The position numbers and the translations under genes were made by a program. A DNA stretch of 64,000 bases, from the IMG/VR virus record IMGVR_UViG_3300008954_000005, positions 91,723 to 155,722 of that record. One strand, 5' to 3'. Shown in pieces: positions 1-8,976 of the stretch. Every line of letters begins with the position of its first letter. The first letter of the stretch is position 1. Origin of the DNA: a virus. The notes under the pieces were generated by a model. That model was not told where the DNA came from. It saw nothing but the letters and a program-made list of their open reading frames with translations, and ran no database searches.

Positions 1-783
1 AGCAAGGAAATGACGTGGACCGCCGTTAGACGAAGAGTGAGTAGCATTATGAGTAAGGTGAACTACACCAGACTTAAGAATGCGTCGCTCTCTCGTGCCG
101 AGATATCTCACCTACTGGAGACACAAGAGCAGCTTGCTTCTGATGATTTCCCCGGAGAGCTATTCTTCACTAACTGCGACAGACCAGATGGGTCACCCGG
201 TGGGCCTGCCGAAGTTCGGCGTAAAATCGAAATCTACAGGCCACACTTTGTGTTGCTTGATTCGTCATACATGTTGGAACTTCCCGGTTCTGGGAATTCA
301 AATGCTCTTGATTGGAAGGTCTTGTCCTCAATCAATAGACAGCTAAAGCAAATCGCAAAATCAACCGGAATACCGGTTCTTTCAATTCTGCAAGAAAATG
401 AGCGGTCTGCATATAAATATTCAAAGTCTAGGGGCACAGCGTCATTAGCTATGAATACTGGTGCCGTAATGGACTGTGACGTAGGTATTCGTCTTGTCTA
501 CCATCCACGAAAACAGGAACTAAGTATCCACCTAGCTGCCGCTAGGGAGACTACAGACCCTGGGTTCACGATTCATGCGCTTGCCTCGGAAAACTTCGGG
601 TACGCGCACGATACGTTGTACTCGTTGACGGACACACAAGATGAAGAGGAAAGGATGCACGATCAGGAAGAAGTTCCTGAGGATGCCTTTGAGATCCAAC
701 CCGCTGTTACCAGCCCTTTAATGGATCAGGCTCGAAACCAACAAGAACCTGACGAGATAGATGAGGATACAGCAACGGGGTAA
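1..783 (+). CDS. Replicative DnaB-like (SF4) helicase, C-terminal part; gene starts before the window
   Basis: Frame open from base 1 (SKEMT, like the DnaB SLEM motif); Walker B-like FVLLDSSY; LKQIAKSTGIPVLSILQ matches the DnaB LK.LA.EL..PV..LSQ motif; acidic tail; directly upstream of primase. Confidence 0.85.
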   Translation, partial: SKEMTWTAVRRRVSSIMSKVNYTRLKNASLSRAEISHLLETQEQLASDDFPGELFFTNCDRPDGSPGGPAEVRRKIEIYRPHFVLLDSSYMLELPGSGNSNALDWKVLSSINRQLKQIAKSTGIPVLSILQENERSAYKYSKSRGTASLAMNTGAVMDCDVGIRLVYHPRKQELSIHLAAARETTDPGFTIHALASENFGYAHDTLYSLTDTQDEEERMHDQEEVPEDAFEIQPAVTSPLMDQARNQQEPDEIDEDTATG

Positions 784-785
784 GG

Positions 786-1772
786 ATGTTTTCAAAAGAA
801 GAGGTAGTCGATTTATTATCGAATTATATAACGTTTGATAAACACGATACCCCTGGTGATAACCTCCCAGCTTTTTGCCCCTTCCATAAGGAGGGCAAAG
901 AGAGCCGTCCATCCCTTTATGTTTACATAGGTAATCAGTCCATATCCCGACATGTAGGTATGGCTTTCTGCCACACATGCAACAAGGGGTGGACCCTAAC
1001 GGGATTGCTTAAAGACCTAAAGGTTGGTCCACAGATTGTGGATACCTTCAAAAAGGTTCTTGAGGAGCAGGCACCGAAAGTAAAGGTAGATCCGTTTCGG
1101 ACCCTAGACTTTTCGGTGCCTATTCTTCCCGAAGCCATCTTGGGAGTCTTTGAGTACATGCCCAAAGCACTCATAGCTGAGGGATTCTCCCCTAAACTTC
1201 TTCGGGAGTACGACATAGGTTTCGACCGAGGACGTAAGCGGATAACCTTCGCTCTTAGGGATCATCAGGGAAATTTAGTGGGCATCTCAGGACGAACCGT
1301 CCGTGGAGAGATGCCAAGATACAAAATATACCGCTCAGAGTTCCACGAAGTTTCTCGTAACTATGAGTTTAAGAAGGGCCGCATTCTGTACGGACTAGAC
1401 AAGTTTTATCCAAGGAGAATGTATACAAGTATTGACATGCCGGTTATACTGTGTGAAGGCTTTAAAGCCTGCCTATGGTGTGTTCAGTCTGGGTATACCG
1501 ATTCGGTTGCCATGTTGGGTTCATTTCTCAGCAGGGAACAGAAGACGTTACTCCAAAGAGTCACCAACAAGGTGGTCATTTTTCTAGACAACGATGAAGC
1601 AGGGAGGAGAGCAACGCACCAAGTTATTAAACAATTATGCGGTATTGAGGTGCGGGTCGCCAACTATGGAACCAACGACCCTATATCACCAGACGATCTA
1701 ACAAAAACACAGACACAATTATCAATCGAAACGGCGCTTAAGCCGTATGAATGGAGTAGTCAAAATGGCTAA
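786..1772 (+). CDS. DnaG-like DNA primase (CHC2 zinc finger + TOPRIM)
   Basis: CPFHKE...CHTC zinc finger; GNLVGISGR; ILCEG and FLDNDEAG TOPRIM motifs. Confidence 0.92.
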   Translation: MFSKEEVVDLLSNYITFDKHDTPGDNLPAFCPFHKEGKESRPSLYVYIGNQSISRHVGMAFCHTCNKGWTLTGLLKDLKVGPQIVDTFKKVLEEQAPKVKVDPFRTLDFSVPILPEAILGVFEYMPKALIAEGFSPKLLREYDIGFDRGRKRITFALRDHQGNLVGISGRTVRGEMPRYKIYRSEFHEVSRNYEFKKGRILYGLDKFYPRRMYTSIDMPVILCEGFKACLWCVQSGYTDSVAMLGSFLSREQKTLLQRVTNKVVIFLDNDEAGRRATHQVIKQLCGIEVRVANYGTNDPISPDDLTKTQTQLSIETALKPYEWSSQNG

Positions 1773-2943
1773 AGAAGAAGAAGCAGTAAACTGGAAATCC
1801 TTTCGCGACCAACAGCGAGGAGACTTCAGAAAGAAAATGCTTGCCGGTAAAAAGGGCAAGTTCTCGGCGGGTAGGAAACCCCCCGCCAGCAACTCTTTTG
1901 CAGAAAAGAAGATGCCCCCTGCGTGGAAGCTTCGTCACCGGGACAGTAAGTTTAAGCCCGACGAGACCCCAACGCGGATTCGCATCATCCCGACTACAGA
2001 AGAGAAGCCCTTCTATAAGTTCTATACGAAGTGGATTAAGACCCCAGAAGGACAAAACCGAAACCTCATTTCAAATGCTTGGAATGGTGAACGGGATGTC
2101 CCCTGTGTTCTTTACTACTACTGCGAGAAAGAAGAGAGCGAAAACTATTGGGCAGATGAAAAGCTCGCTGTGACCGTTCTCGTTCTTGAGGACTTCTATA
2201 AGATTCCCCATACCTCAAAGAATGGTTTTGAGTATTTCACTTACGAGCGGGTTCCCGCTGCCGACCGTCACGGTCGGATTGTCCACCCATCTTCTGCTCA
2301 CGAGGAATACGACATCGTATTCGGTCGCAAGCTTTGGTGGGAAATGTGGGACTCTCAGAAGAGAGACTTTGAGTCAAAGCTAGACGGAATCGGTGAAAGC
2401 TGTTCCAGTTGCGGTGAGGGCGAAATCAGTACTTATGCGTATGCGTGCGCTAAGTGTGACAATGAGTTCGCAAACCATAGAGAAGACGCTATCGACGTTG
2501 ACACCGAAGAGCAGCTTCGGACTATGGAAGTTGAGTGCGAAGAGTGCAAGCACTACGCTAAAGCTAAGCAGCTTATCGACTGCGTGCACGTTAAAGGCGT
2601 CGGAAGCCGAAAGCAATACGTTGAGGGGTGCGGTAATCCTGCCCAGCTTGACTGGTCTGCCTGTGACGTAACCGTCTCAGCCATTTCAGTCGGCAACAGG
2701 ACCGCTGTAAACATCGACGAGTTTTCCGTATCCGAGGAACTGGATGTTCCTAGCTGGATGACTGAACCCATGGACTTCGATTATTTTCTTGGTCGTCAGG
2801 ACCTTGATGACCAAGCGAAGGCGATGGGCCGACGAAATCCGTTTGACGCGAGTGCCCAGCGAGCACTAGACAAGTACTTCGAAACTCCCCGCAACAGGGA
2901 AGACAACGATAGTACGCCTGTCTCCGACAACGACGTATTCTAA
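1765..2943 (+). CDS. Putative single-stranded DNA-binding protein (T4 gp32-like) with inserted CxxC motifs
   Basis: TRIRIIP resembles gp32 IRFLP; acidic C-terminus ending DNDVF like SSB tails; sits between primase and polymerase; ATG 1765 has GGAG 8 nt upstream (track start 1747). Confidence 0.65.
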   Translation: MAKEEEAVNWKSFRDQQRGDFRKKMLAGKKGKFSAGRKPPASNSFAEKKMPPAWKLRHRDSKFKPDETPTRIRIIPTTEEKPFYKFYTKWIKTPEGQNRNLISNAWNGERDVPCVLYYYCEKEESENYWADEKLAVTVLVLEDFYKIPHTSKNGFEYFTYERVPAADRHGRIVHPSSAHEEYDIVFGRKLWWEMWDSQKRDFESKLDGIGESCSSCGEGEISTYAYACAKCDNEFANHREDAIDVDTEEQLRTMEVECEECKHYAKAKQLIDCVHVKGVGSRKQYVEGCGNPAQLDWSACDVTVSAISVGNRTAVNIDEFSVSEELDVPSWMTEPMDFDYFLGRQDLDDQAKAMGRRNPFDASAQRALDKYFETPRNREDNDSTPVSDNDVF

Positions 2944-2966
2944 TAAATTCAACGTCATTTGGTACG

Positions 2967-3002
2967 GGGTGGGCCAGGGGAAATAACTCCTCTGGTCCAC
3001 CC
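2967..3002 (+). promoter_or_regulatory. 15-bp RNA hairpin without U-tract, just upstream of the polymerase RBS
   Basis: GGGTGGGCCAGGGGA-AATAAC-TCCTCTGGTCCACCC (two G-U pairs); GGAGG at 3015-3019; ATG at 3026. Confidence 0.7.
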
Positions 3003-3025
3003 AACCTAGCTAACGGAGGTCAGCT

Positions 3026-4933
3026 ATGGGTATGTTTACCCTATTGCCGGATGCTATCCGGATTCAAGAGCCTGAACAGGCTATTGCCCTAGCAGAAACC
3101 CTGCAGGACAAAAAGATATTAGCCGTTGATACAGAGACTACAGGACTCTCCAGAATCCGTGACCGGACTATCATCCTCGCAATCAGCGATGGTGAAGAAA
3201 GGTTTGCTATCTGGCCTGAGGTGCTCCCGTACTTCAAAGGGCTGCTAGAAAATCCAGAGTTGAAGCTCATCATGCATAACGCGAACTTTGACACTTGGAT
3301 GCTTCGTAATGTGGGAATAGACATCTACAAGTATTGCAACCGAGACCACTACCGTGTCTATGACACGATGGTCATGCACGCTCTCGTAGATGACACCCTT
3401 CCCCATGACCTAAAGTTCTTAACAAAGCACTACACGGGAATCGAAATGGTCCCGTTCAAATCCGTGTTTGGTACTCAGCTTCGAAAGCGCCCCCTGCACG
3501 AAGTTCTTCTAGACCCAGACAATGAAGACATCGTATCGAACTACGCCTCCCTGGATGCGTATGCAACATACAAGCTTTTCTTCAAAGTAAGGGACGAGAT
3601 GCGAGATATCTGGGTCTTCCCAGAGAGGGCCAAAGCAGATGCTCCCTACCCAACCATGTGGGACTACTACCTGAAAACAGAACTCCCCTTCACAAAGATT
3701 CTGTACATGCTTGAACGAGAGGGGATCACAATTGACAAAATTGCCCTTCTTGAACAGGCCCCTGTTATCGAAGAGCAGCTTCTGGCTATTCAGAAATGGT
3801 TTGGCCGAGAAACCGGTCGAATGTACATCAATCTGAAGTCGAACAAAGAGATGGGTGGGCTGTTCTTCGAAGGGTTGGACAGAAAAGCAGTTAGCTACAC
3901 GGACAAGGGACAACCACAACTAAACAAGGATGTTCTTACCATGTGGGCTCGTGCGGGGTGTGAGTTTGCAACGAAGCTTCTTCTCTACCGAGACTTAGAT
4001 AAAAAGCTTGGAACCTACATCAGTAACCTTCTTGAGAAGATCCACATCGATGAAAAAATCCATGCGTCGTTCAACCAAACCGGTGCCCGCACTGGTCGGT
4101 TGAGTTCTTCGGACCCAAACCTACAGAACCAGCCCCCATACATTCGCTCAGCGTATGTCCCATCACAGGGTAATAAGCTAATGGCGGCTGACTATGCTCA
4201 ACTAGAGATGCGTATCTTGGCGCACTTCTCCAATGACGAAACACTCATTGACGCCATCCAAGCAGGCATGGACGTTCACTCGTCTACGGCTGCTGAAATG
4301 TTTCGTGTTCCTTACGAAGACATTATGGCCGCTCGTACCAAAGACGATAACGGGGAGAGCCTAGACAAGTACGAGAGTAGTCTTCTCAAGTACAGAAAGA
4401 GCGCGAAGGCGATTAACTTTGGCCTCATGTACGGGCAGGGTGCTGGTAAGTTAGCGGGCACCTTGGACTGTACAATCGATGAGGCACGCGGTCTTATCCG
4501 TCAGTACTTCAGTGCGTTCCCTAACGTCACAAAGTACTTCAGAAACGCAATCATTAAAGCTAAAGAAGATGGCTTCTGCTCTACCCTTCTGGGTAGGCGT
4601 CGGCAGGTTCCGGGCCTTAGGTCTAATGTTGGTGCTGACATTGCTCAAGCGGAACGAAAGGTAAAGAACTCTCCCATTCAAGGTACGGCTGCGGACATCA
4701 CTAAGATGGCTATGGTGCGTATATGGGAAGATGATTTCATTGCCAACTCTGGTGCCAGAATGGTCATTCAGGTCCACGATGAAATCGTGTTCGAAGTGCC
4801 TGAAGAATTTGTAAACGATAAAGAATTTAACGACCGCATCGAAGAACTAATGATGCATCCCTTTGACTTCGACTTGGCTGTTCCTTTGGAAACGTCAAGC
4901 AAGTACGGGGACAACTGGCTGGAGTGTAAGTGA
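3026..4933 (+). CDS. polA: DNA polymerase family A (3'-5' exonuclease + polymerase; no 5'-3' exonuclease domain)
   Basis: Exo motifs DTETTG, HNANFD, YASLDA; TGRLSSSDPNLQN; motif A ADYAQLEMR; motif B RKSAKAINFGLMYG; motif C QVHDEIVFE. Confidence 0.97.
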   Translation: MGMFTLLPDAIRIQEPEQAIALAETLQDKKILAVDTETTGLSRIRDRTIILAISDGEERFAIWPEVLPYFKGLLENPELKLIMHNANFDTWMLRNVGIDIYKYCNRDHYRVYDTMVMHALVDDTLPHDLKFLTKHYTGIEMVPFKSVFGTQLRKRPLHEVLLDPDNEDIVSNYASLDAYATYKLFFKVRDEMRDIWVFPERAKADAPYPTMWDYYLKTELPFTKILYMLEREGITIDKIALLEQAPVIEEQLLAIQKWFGRETGRMYINLKSNKEMGGLFFEGLDRKAVSYTDKGQPQLNKDVLTMWARAGCEFATKLLLYRDLDKKLGTYISNLLEKIHIDEKIHASFNQTGARTGRLSSSDPNLQNQPPYIRSAYVPSQGNKLMAADYAQLEMRILAHFSNDETLIDAIQAGMDVHSSTAAEMFRVPYEDIMAARTKDDNGESLDKYESSLLKYRKSAKAINFGLMYGQGAGKLAGTLDCTIDEARGLIRQYFSAFPNVTKYFRNAIIKAKEDGFCSTLLGRRRQVPGLRSNVGADIAQAERKVKNSPIQGTAADITKMAMVRIWEDDFIANSGARMVIQVHDEIVFEVPEEFVNDKEFNDRIEELMMHPFDFDLAVPLETSSKYGDNWLECK

Positions 4934-5178
4934 TGCAACTAACACAAGACGTAGATCGAGAAGAACAATACTTAAACGGCGGGGGGCTGCGATGCCCCTA
5001 CTGCCGCACTAAAAATATCAGTGCAAGGCCTCCGAGCACAGACGCCATGGAAGCCTGGGCACAAGTGTCCTGCGAAGAGTGTTTTGCCGAGTGGAACGAC
5101 GTGTACAAACTCGTCGGGATAGAAATAACCTTAGGACCTTCCCTGGAACAGGCAGCGGAGAAGAAACAAAATGACTGA
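4933..5178 (+). CDS. Small zinc-ribbon protein
   Basis: CPYC...CEEC; TGATG stop/start overlap with polymerase. Confidence 0.7.
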   Translation: MQLTQDVDREEQYLNGGGLRCPYCRTKNISARPPSTDAMEAWAQVSCEECFAEWNDVYKLVGIEITLGPSLEQAAEKKQND

Positions 5179-5419
5179 AGAAGCAAAGCTAAAGGTGACT
5201 AACTACTTCCCGGACTGCGACTCAATTACGCTCGAAGTCGGTGACTACCACATCGCTGTATATAGGGACGGTGAGGGAGAGTACGACAGGAAGACCCACG
5301 TAGACATCCACAATAAGAAAACAAGCTCAACAACGTATCTGGTTGTGGGAGCACCGTCAGAATTGAAGGAGTTACTGAATGACGAGGAAGAGGAAGAAGA
5401 ACCACCAATGTTCGTCTGA
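5171..5419 (+). CDS. Hypothetical acidic protein (82 aa)
   Basis: Coupled to upstream ORF; GGAG upstream; poly-Glu tail. Confidence 0.6.
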   Translation: MTEEAKLKVTNYFPDCDSITLEVGDYHIAVYRDGEGEYDRKTHVDIHNKKTSSTTYLVVGAPSELKELLNDEEEEEEPPMFV

Positions 5420-5666
5420 CCATCCGTACATAGAAAAAGCACTCGTCCTTTCAACAGCGCATATGCCCGGAGAGTCCCCAGAGTTTGGGGGCCTTCGGGC
5501 TTTGTCTTTTGAGTATGGCTACGTCGTATGGGTTTCAGAGCCTGGATACGGCGTTCCTGATTGGATCACTCCGATCATGGAGATCGCGTACCGAGATGAG
5601 TGCACGCTTGTAGTCTTAGATAGAGATGGAAACACAGACAAAAACTTTCAAACATGGGATTGGTAA
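5379..5666 (+). CDS. Hypothetical protein, resembles the DUF5983-type small mobile-element/phage family
   Basis: LSTAH...YGYVVWV...LVLDRDG...WDW pattern recalled from that family; AAGGAG 7 nt before ATG. Confidence 0.55.
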   Translation: MTRKRKKNHQCSSDHPYIEKALVLSTAHMPGESPEFGGLRALSFEYGYVVWVSEPGYGVPDWITPIMEIAYRDECTLVVLDRDGNTDKNFQTWDW

Positions 5667-6337
5667 TGAACCAAAAAGACTACAAGCCTGCTCCCGATAA
5701 TTATTGGGAACCTCTTTGGCCTGGGAAGCCACTAAACCACCCAATGGCAAAAACCGGGGAAACCTGGGTCAACGATAAGTGTCAAGTATTCGTATATGAC
5801 TACCCTGTAATGTCCTACTTCCCCAAGGAAGTTTCGAGAGAAGAAGTTATCGCTGGGCTCGGATTGACGGGTTGGCCACAAATCGTGGAGCTTTCATTAA
5901 AGCTTAATACGCGAGAGCCGTGGCAAGATTGGCGCGACTTCTACAGAATCAAGTCAGAGCTTTGCGGCACGGCTTGCTGGGGGATGCAGATGTACCCTCC
6001 CCAGGAGGAGCTTCTAGATACAGCGAACCAGTATCACATGTACGTACTGGACCCAAGCTGCGACGCTTTCCCTATCCGGCAATTGCAGCCCCCGTTCACT
6101 GATTACTCAGAGGGCTGGGAGAAGGTTGTGGAGGAGGGAAAGAAGCATTTTGGGATCGGAAATGACCAGCTTAGAAATGCGAAGCAGCGGCCCTGGCAAG
6201 AGCACCATAAGTGTGACGACTTGCCACTCATAGGACCAGTGTGGCGCAGCCGAGGCTGGTCTCTTGATGAAGAAGGAAAACCTCTCTTTACGCCCTCTGG
6301 GGCAGGGACGCACGGTAATGGAACAAAAACATTATAG
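5666..6337 (+). CDS. Conserved phage hypothetical protein
   Basis: WRDFYRIKSELCG...YPPQEELLDTANQYHMY matches a common phage pattern W..LQ.IK....G....E.YP....L.D.AN..H; TAATG overlap. Confidence 0.65.
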   Translation: MNQKDYKPAPDNYWEPLWPGKPLNHPMAKTGETWVNDKCQVFVYDYPVMSYFPKEVSREEVIAGLGLTGWPQIVELSLKLNTREPWQDWRDFYRIKSELCGTACWGMQMYPPQEELLDTANQYHMYVLDPSCDAFPIRQLQPPFTDYSEGWEKVVEEGKKHFGIGNDQLRNAKQRPWQEHHKCDDLPLIGPVWRSRGWSLDEEGKPLFTPSGAGTHGNGTKTL

Positions 6338-6506
6338 AGTAATAATCGAGGATGAGCTTAAAGCCGACAGCTTCGAAAGGGCGCTCGTAGTAACCCTAGA
6401 TCGTATTGAGACCGAAGAAACCGTAGCCTCCGTGGAGTGTCTCTCTACGGGGGAAGTACGGCACTACGAAATACAAACAGGAGAAAGGTTAGATGACGAA
6501 TCATGA
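6318..6506 (+). CDS. Hypothetical protein (62 aa)
   Basis: Fills the operon gap and overlaps both neighbours; ATG 6318. Confidence 0.55.
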   Translation: MEQKHYRVIIEDELKADSFERALVVTLDRIETEETVASVECLSTGEVRHYEIQTGERLDDES

Positions 6507-6741
6507 CCACGAATTAGAACTATTCCAAGTAGACGATACGGTCTGGATTACGGTGAACAACATCTTGGTCCGAGTAATGATGACCGATGAGGGTGCGCTG
6601 TGCGACATGTACAGCCAAGCCCTAATAAAAGACGACCATGATGAAGCCCATCTAGCTGCTTGCTACGCCTTCTTTAATGAGGCCGGTACAGAAGACACAG
6701 ATGACGCTGACGAAGACATGGATTACTTCAATGACGACTGA
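6493..6741 (+). CDS. Hypothetical acidic protein (82 aa)
   Basis: Purine-rich upstream sequence; coupled in the operon. Confidence 0.6.
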   Translation: MTNHDHELELFQVDDTVWITVNNILVRVMMTDEGALCDMYSQALIKDDHDEAHLAACYAFFNEAGTEDTDDADEDMDYFNDD

Positions 6742-7015
6742 GTATTCCGAGTGGTTGGATGTAGCTACCTGCTACTTCTGCGAACAAAAGTACACAGCGG
6801 ATGAGTGGGAAGACCACCATAGCCCAGTAGAAAACCCACTATCTCATTGTCACGCTAGGTGTTGCGATCACCCAGACTGCAACGAAGAAGATGTGCCTGA
6901 CCTTGAGCCCACACATTACAACTGCTGCCATGCGCCCAAAGACATGGGCCACATGTTCGGCTGTCCCAATAGCCCTGAAAATGAAGGAGGTGAGAGCCAT
7001 GGGGTACAGGAGTAG
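6731..7015 (+). CDS. Cys/His-rich small protein, probable metal binder
   Basis: CYFC, HH, HCHARCCDHPDC, HYNCCH, HMFGC within 94 aa. Confidence 0.55.
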   Translation: MTTEYSEWLDVATCYFCEQKYTADEWEDHHSPVENPLSHCHARCCDHPDCNEEDVPDLEPTHYNCCHAPKDMGHMFGCPNSPENEGGESHGVQE

Positions 7016-7424
7016 TTACCAAATACTTGTTGAGGCACCTAAGGATAAGATGGATGCCTTCTTCAAATGGCTGAAGACCCAAGAAGAGATGTGCAAAGAA
7101 CTAGAGAAAAAAGCACCCATCCCAAGTAGCTATGGGTTCACCGTTGGGGAAACCTACGAGAACATCCAAATGTCCCAAATTGACCTAGACATTGTGAACG
7201 CAGACAATGGACTTGCCAGGGCTGCATTCGAACATGACTACTGGAAGTGCTACGATCCCTGGGATCTTGTGATAAACCAGATCGATGAATACTGCACAGA
7301 TAATGATATCGCCTTCGCCTACGGAAGATTAGGCGAATCAATGGAAGATGCAGAATTCCAAGATAATGACTTAGGTCTTTACGTAGGCTTTGTCCGTAAG
7401 TTTGTTTCCCCGTTTGAGGGCTAG
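6999..7424 (+). CDS. Hypothetical protein (141 aa)
   Basis: GGAGG at 6986-6990 before ATG 6999 (MGYRSSY...). Confidence 0.7.
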   Translation: MGYRSSYQILVEAPKDKMDAFFKWLKTQEEMCKELEKKAPIPSSYGFTVGETYENIQMSQIDLDIVNADNGLARAAFEHDYWKCYDPWDLVINQIDEYCTDNDIAFAYGRLGESMEDAEFQDNDLGLYVGFVRKFVSPFEG

Positions 7425-7426
7425 TT

Positions 7427-7696
7427 GTGCCAAAAAAGAAGCTATGGTTTGTATACGTTGTTAGGTGTTCAGACGGTTCTCTCTACACAGGGATTACTAC
7501 GGACCTGAAACGACGCGTGCACGAACATAACAGCACCAGGAGAGGGGCTAAGTATACGAGGTCTAGAAGACCCGTCTACTTAGCCTACTCCCATAGGTGC
7601 CGGGACAAGGCGGAAGCCTTAGTCTCTGAGCATGGCTTCAAGCGTATGAGTAAGAAAGAAAAAGAAGAATTTATCACGGAGTTTGGCTATGGCTAA
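7427..7696 (+). CDS. Stand-alone GIY-YIG nuclease (UPF0213/YhbQ-like)
   Basis: WFVYVVRCSDGSLYTGITTDLKRRVHEHN...GAKYTRSRRPV...E..FKR. Confidence 0.92.
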   Translation: MPKKKLWFVYVVRCSDGSLYTGITTDLKRRVHEHNSTRRGAKYTRSRRPVYLAYSHRCRDKAEALVSEHGFKRMSKKEKEEFITEFGYG

Positions 7697-8174
7697 TTAC
7701 CTGCCCGCAGTTAGATCATCCTATTTTAGGGTGAAGGACAAAGAGAAGTTTCAAGATTGGTTCGATACCCTCATCTCTAGCGATGATGGTTTAGAGCTTT
7801 GGACAAAGGCGGTAGATACCGCAGAGGTCCACCAAAAGTACGCGAGTGACCCGGAAGAAGAGCCGTTTGAACTCGTAGCCTTCGGGGGGTACACCAGTTG
7901 GCCCTGTGAGCGCATAATTGTAAAAAATGATGGTGACGGGGGCGAGGGGGACGACTTTGAAGACTGTGAAGAAATCGACTTCACAACGGAACTACAGGAG
8001 CACGTCCACGAGGACTGGTCTGTAATCTTACAAGAAATCGGATATGAGAAGCTCCGATACCTTGTGGGCTTCTGCGCCATCGTAGATAGTGAAAATATTG
8101 AATGGATCGATCTGACCAACTGGGCCGTAACAAAGATCCCAGATGGAAGTAAGTTTACATCACCGGAGTACTGA
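7689..8174 (+). CDS. Hypothetical acidic phage protein
   Basis: MANY...RSSYFRVKD...GYEKLRYL; GGAG upstream; coupled to the GIY-YIG ORF. Confidence 0.7.
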   Translation: MANYLPAVRSSYFRVKDKEKFQDWFDTLISSDDGLELWTKAVDTAEVHQKYASDPEEEPFELVAFGGYTSWPCERIIVKNDGDGGEGDDFEDCEEIDFTTELQEHVHEDWSVILQEIGYEKLRYLVGFCAIVDSENIEWIDLTNWAVTKIPDGSKFTSPEY

Positions 8175-8177
8175 TAG

Positions 8178-8726
8178 ATGAACCTGAGCGAGTACCAAAG
8201 GTTAGCAGCGAGAACCATCCCAGTAGAAGAAATAGATAGCCTTCTAACGAACTTTTGTTTAGGTCTTGCTGGGGAGGGTGGGGAGTTGATTGACCACGTT
8301 AAGAAAGCGGTCTTTCATAAGCACGCCCTTGATAAAGATTACTTGGCTAAAGAGCTTGGTGATCTCCTTTGGTACATCGCCGGGATTTCGAGCATATTAA
8401 AACTCGACCTGTCGGACATAGGTGATATAAATATAGACAAGCTGAAGCGCCGTTATCCGAACGGCTTCACAACCCATCACAGTGTTCACCGGGAGGAAGA
8501 ATTGGACATAAATGACATGATCAAGAAGCGGCAAGTAGCCTTACTAGAAATCATCGGATCAGTGAATACCACTGTCACCGAGGGTGATGCCGTCGTTGGG
8601 GCCTTCCTCGACATAGACCAAGGCTACGTTGAGCTAGAAGATGGCTCTGGCTACCGAATGTCTATGGGACCAGTAACCAAGTCTGAGATGCGTTCCGTGA
8701 AGAAACGCCTAAACCTAGAAGAGTAA
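8178..8726 (+). CDS. MazG-like nucleotide pyrophosphohydrolase with C-terminal extension
   Basis: YQRLAART...GLAGEGGELIDHVKK...KELGDLLWYI...NIDKLKRRYPNGF. Confidence 0.9.
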   Translation: MNLSEYQRLAARTIPVEEIDSLLTNFCLGLAGEGGELIDHVKKAVFHKHALDKDYLAKELGDLLWYIAGISSILKLDLSDIGDINIDKLKRRYPNGFTTHHSVHREEELDINDMIKKRQVALLEIIGSVNTTVTEGDAVVGAFLDIDQGYVELEDGSGYRMSMGPVTKSEMRSVKKRLNLEE

Positions 8727-8730
8727 TATT

Positions 8731-8976
8731 ATGGAAAAATACAGCGACGCCTCCCAACTTGTCGCAACACTTCTGAAGATGAAGCTCTGCGATTCTGAAG
8801 AGGCTGCGATGGAAAAAATAGCTTCCGGGAGAGCCCCCCAAATGATTAAGGACTTCAAGATGAAGCTGCTTAACGACATGGTCAGTCTGTACAGAGACCA
8901 GCTTGGGGATGACGGTATGGACCCAGAACTTATCGAAGAATTTGAAAAAATGAGAAAAGAACTAGAGGAGACCTGA
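8731..8976 (+). CDS. Hypothetical helical protein (81 aa)
   Basis: TGATG overlap with the recA-like gene. Confidence 0.65.
   Translation: MEKYSDASQLVATLLKMKLCDSEEAAMEKIASGRAPQMIKDFKMKLLNDMVSLYRDQLGDDGMDPELIEEFEKMRKELEET

Noticed and set aside
3026-4933. Intein or intron in the polymerase
   Set aside because: Motifs are colinear at normal spacing; no intein termini seen
7427-7696. GIY-YIG ORF as a homing endonuclease or intron
   Set aside because: Only 89 aa with no DNA-binding extension, and it interrupts no gene
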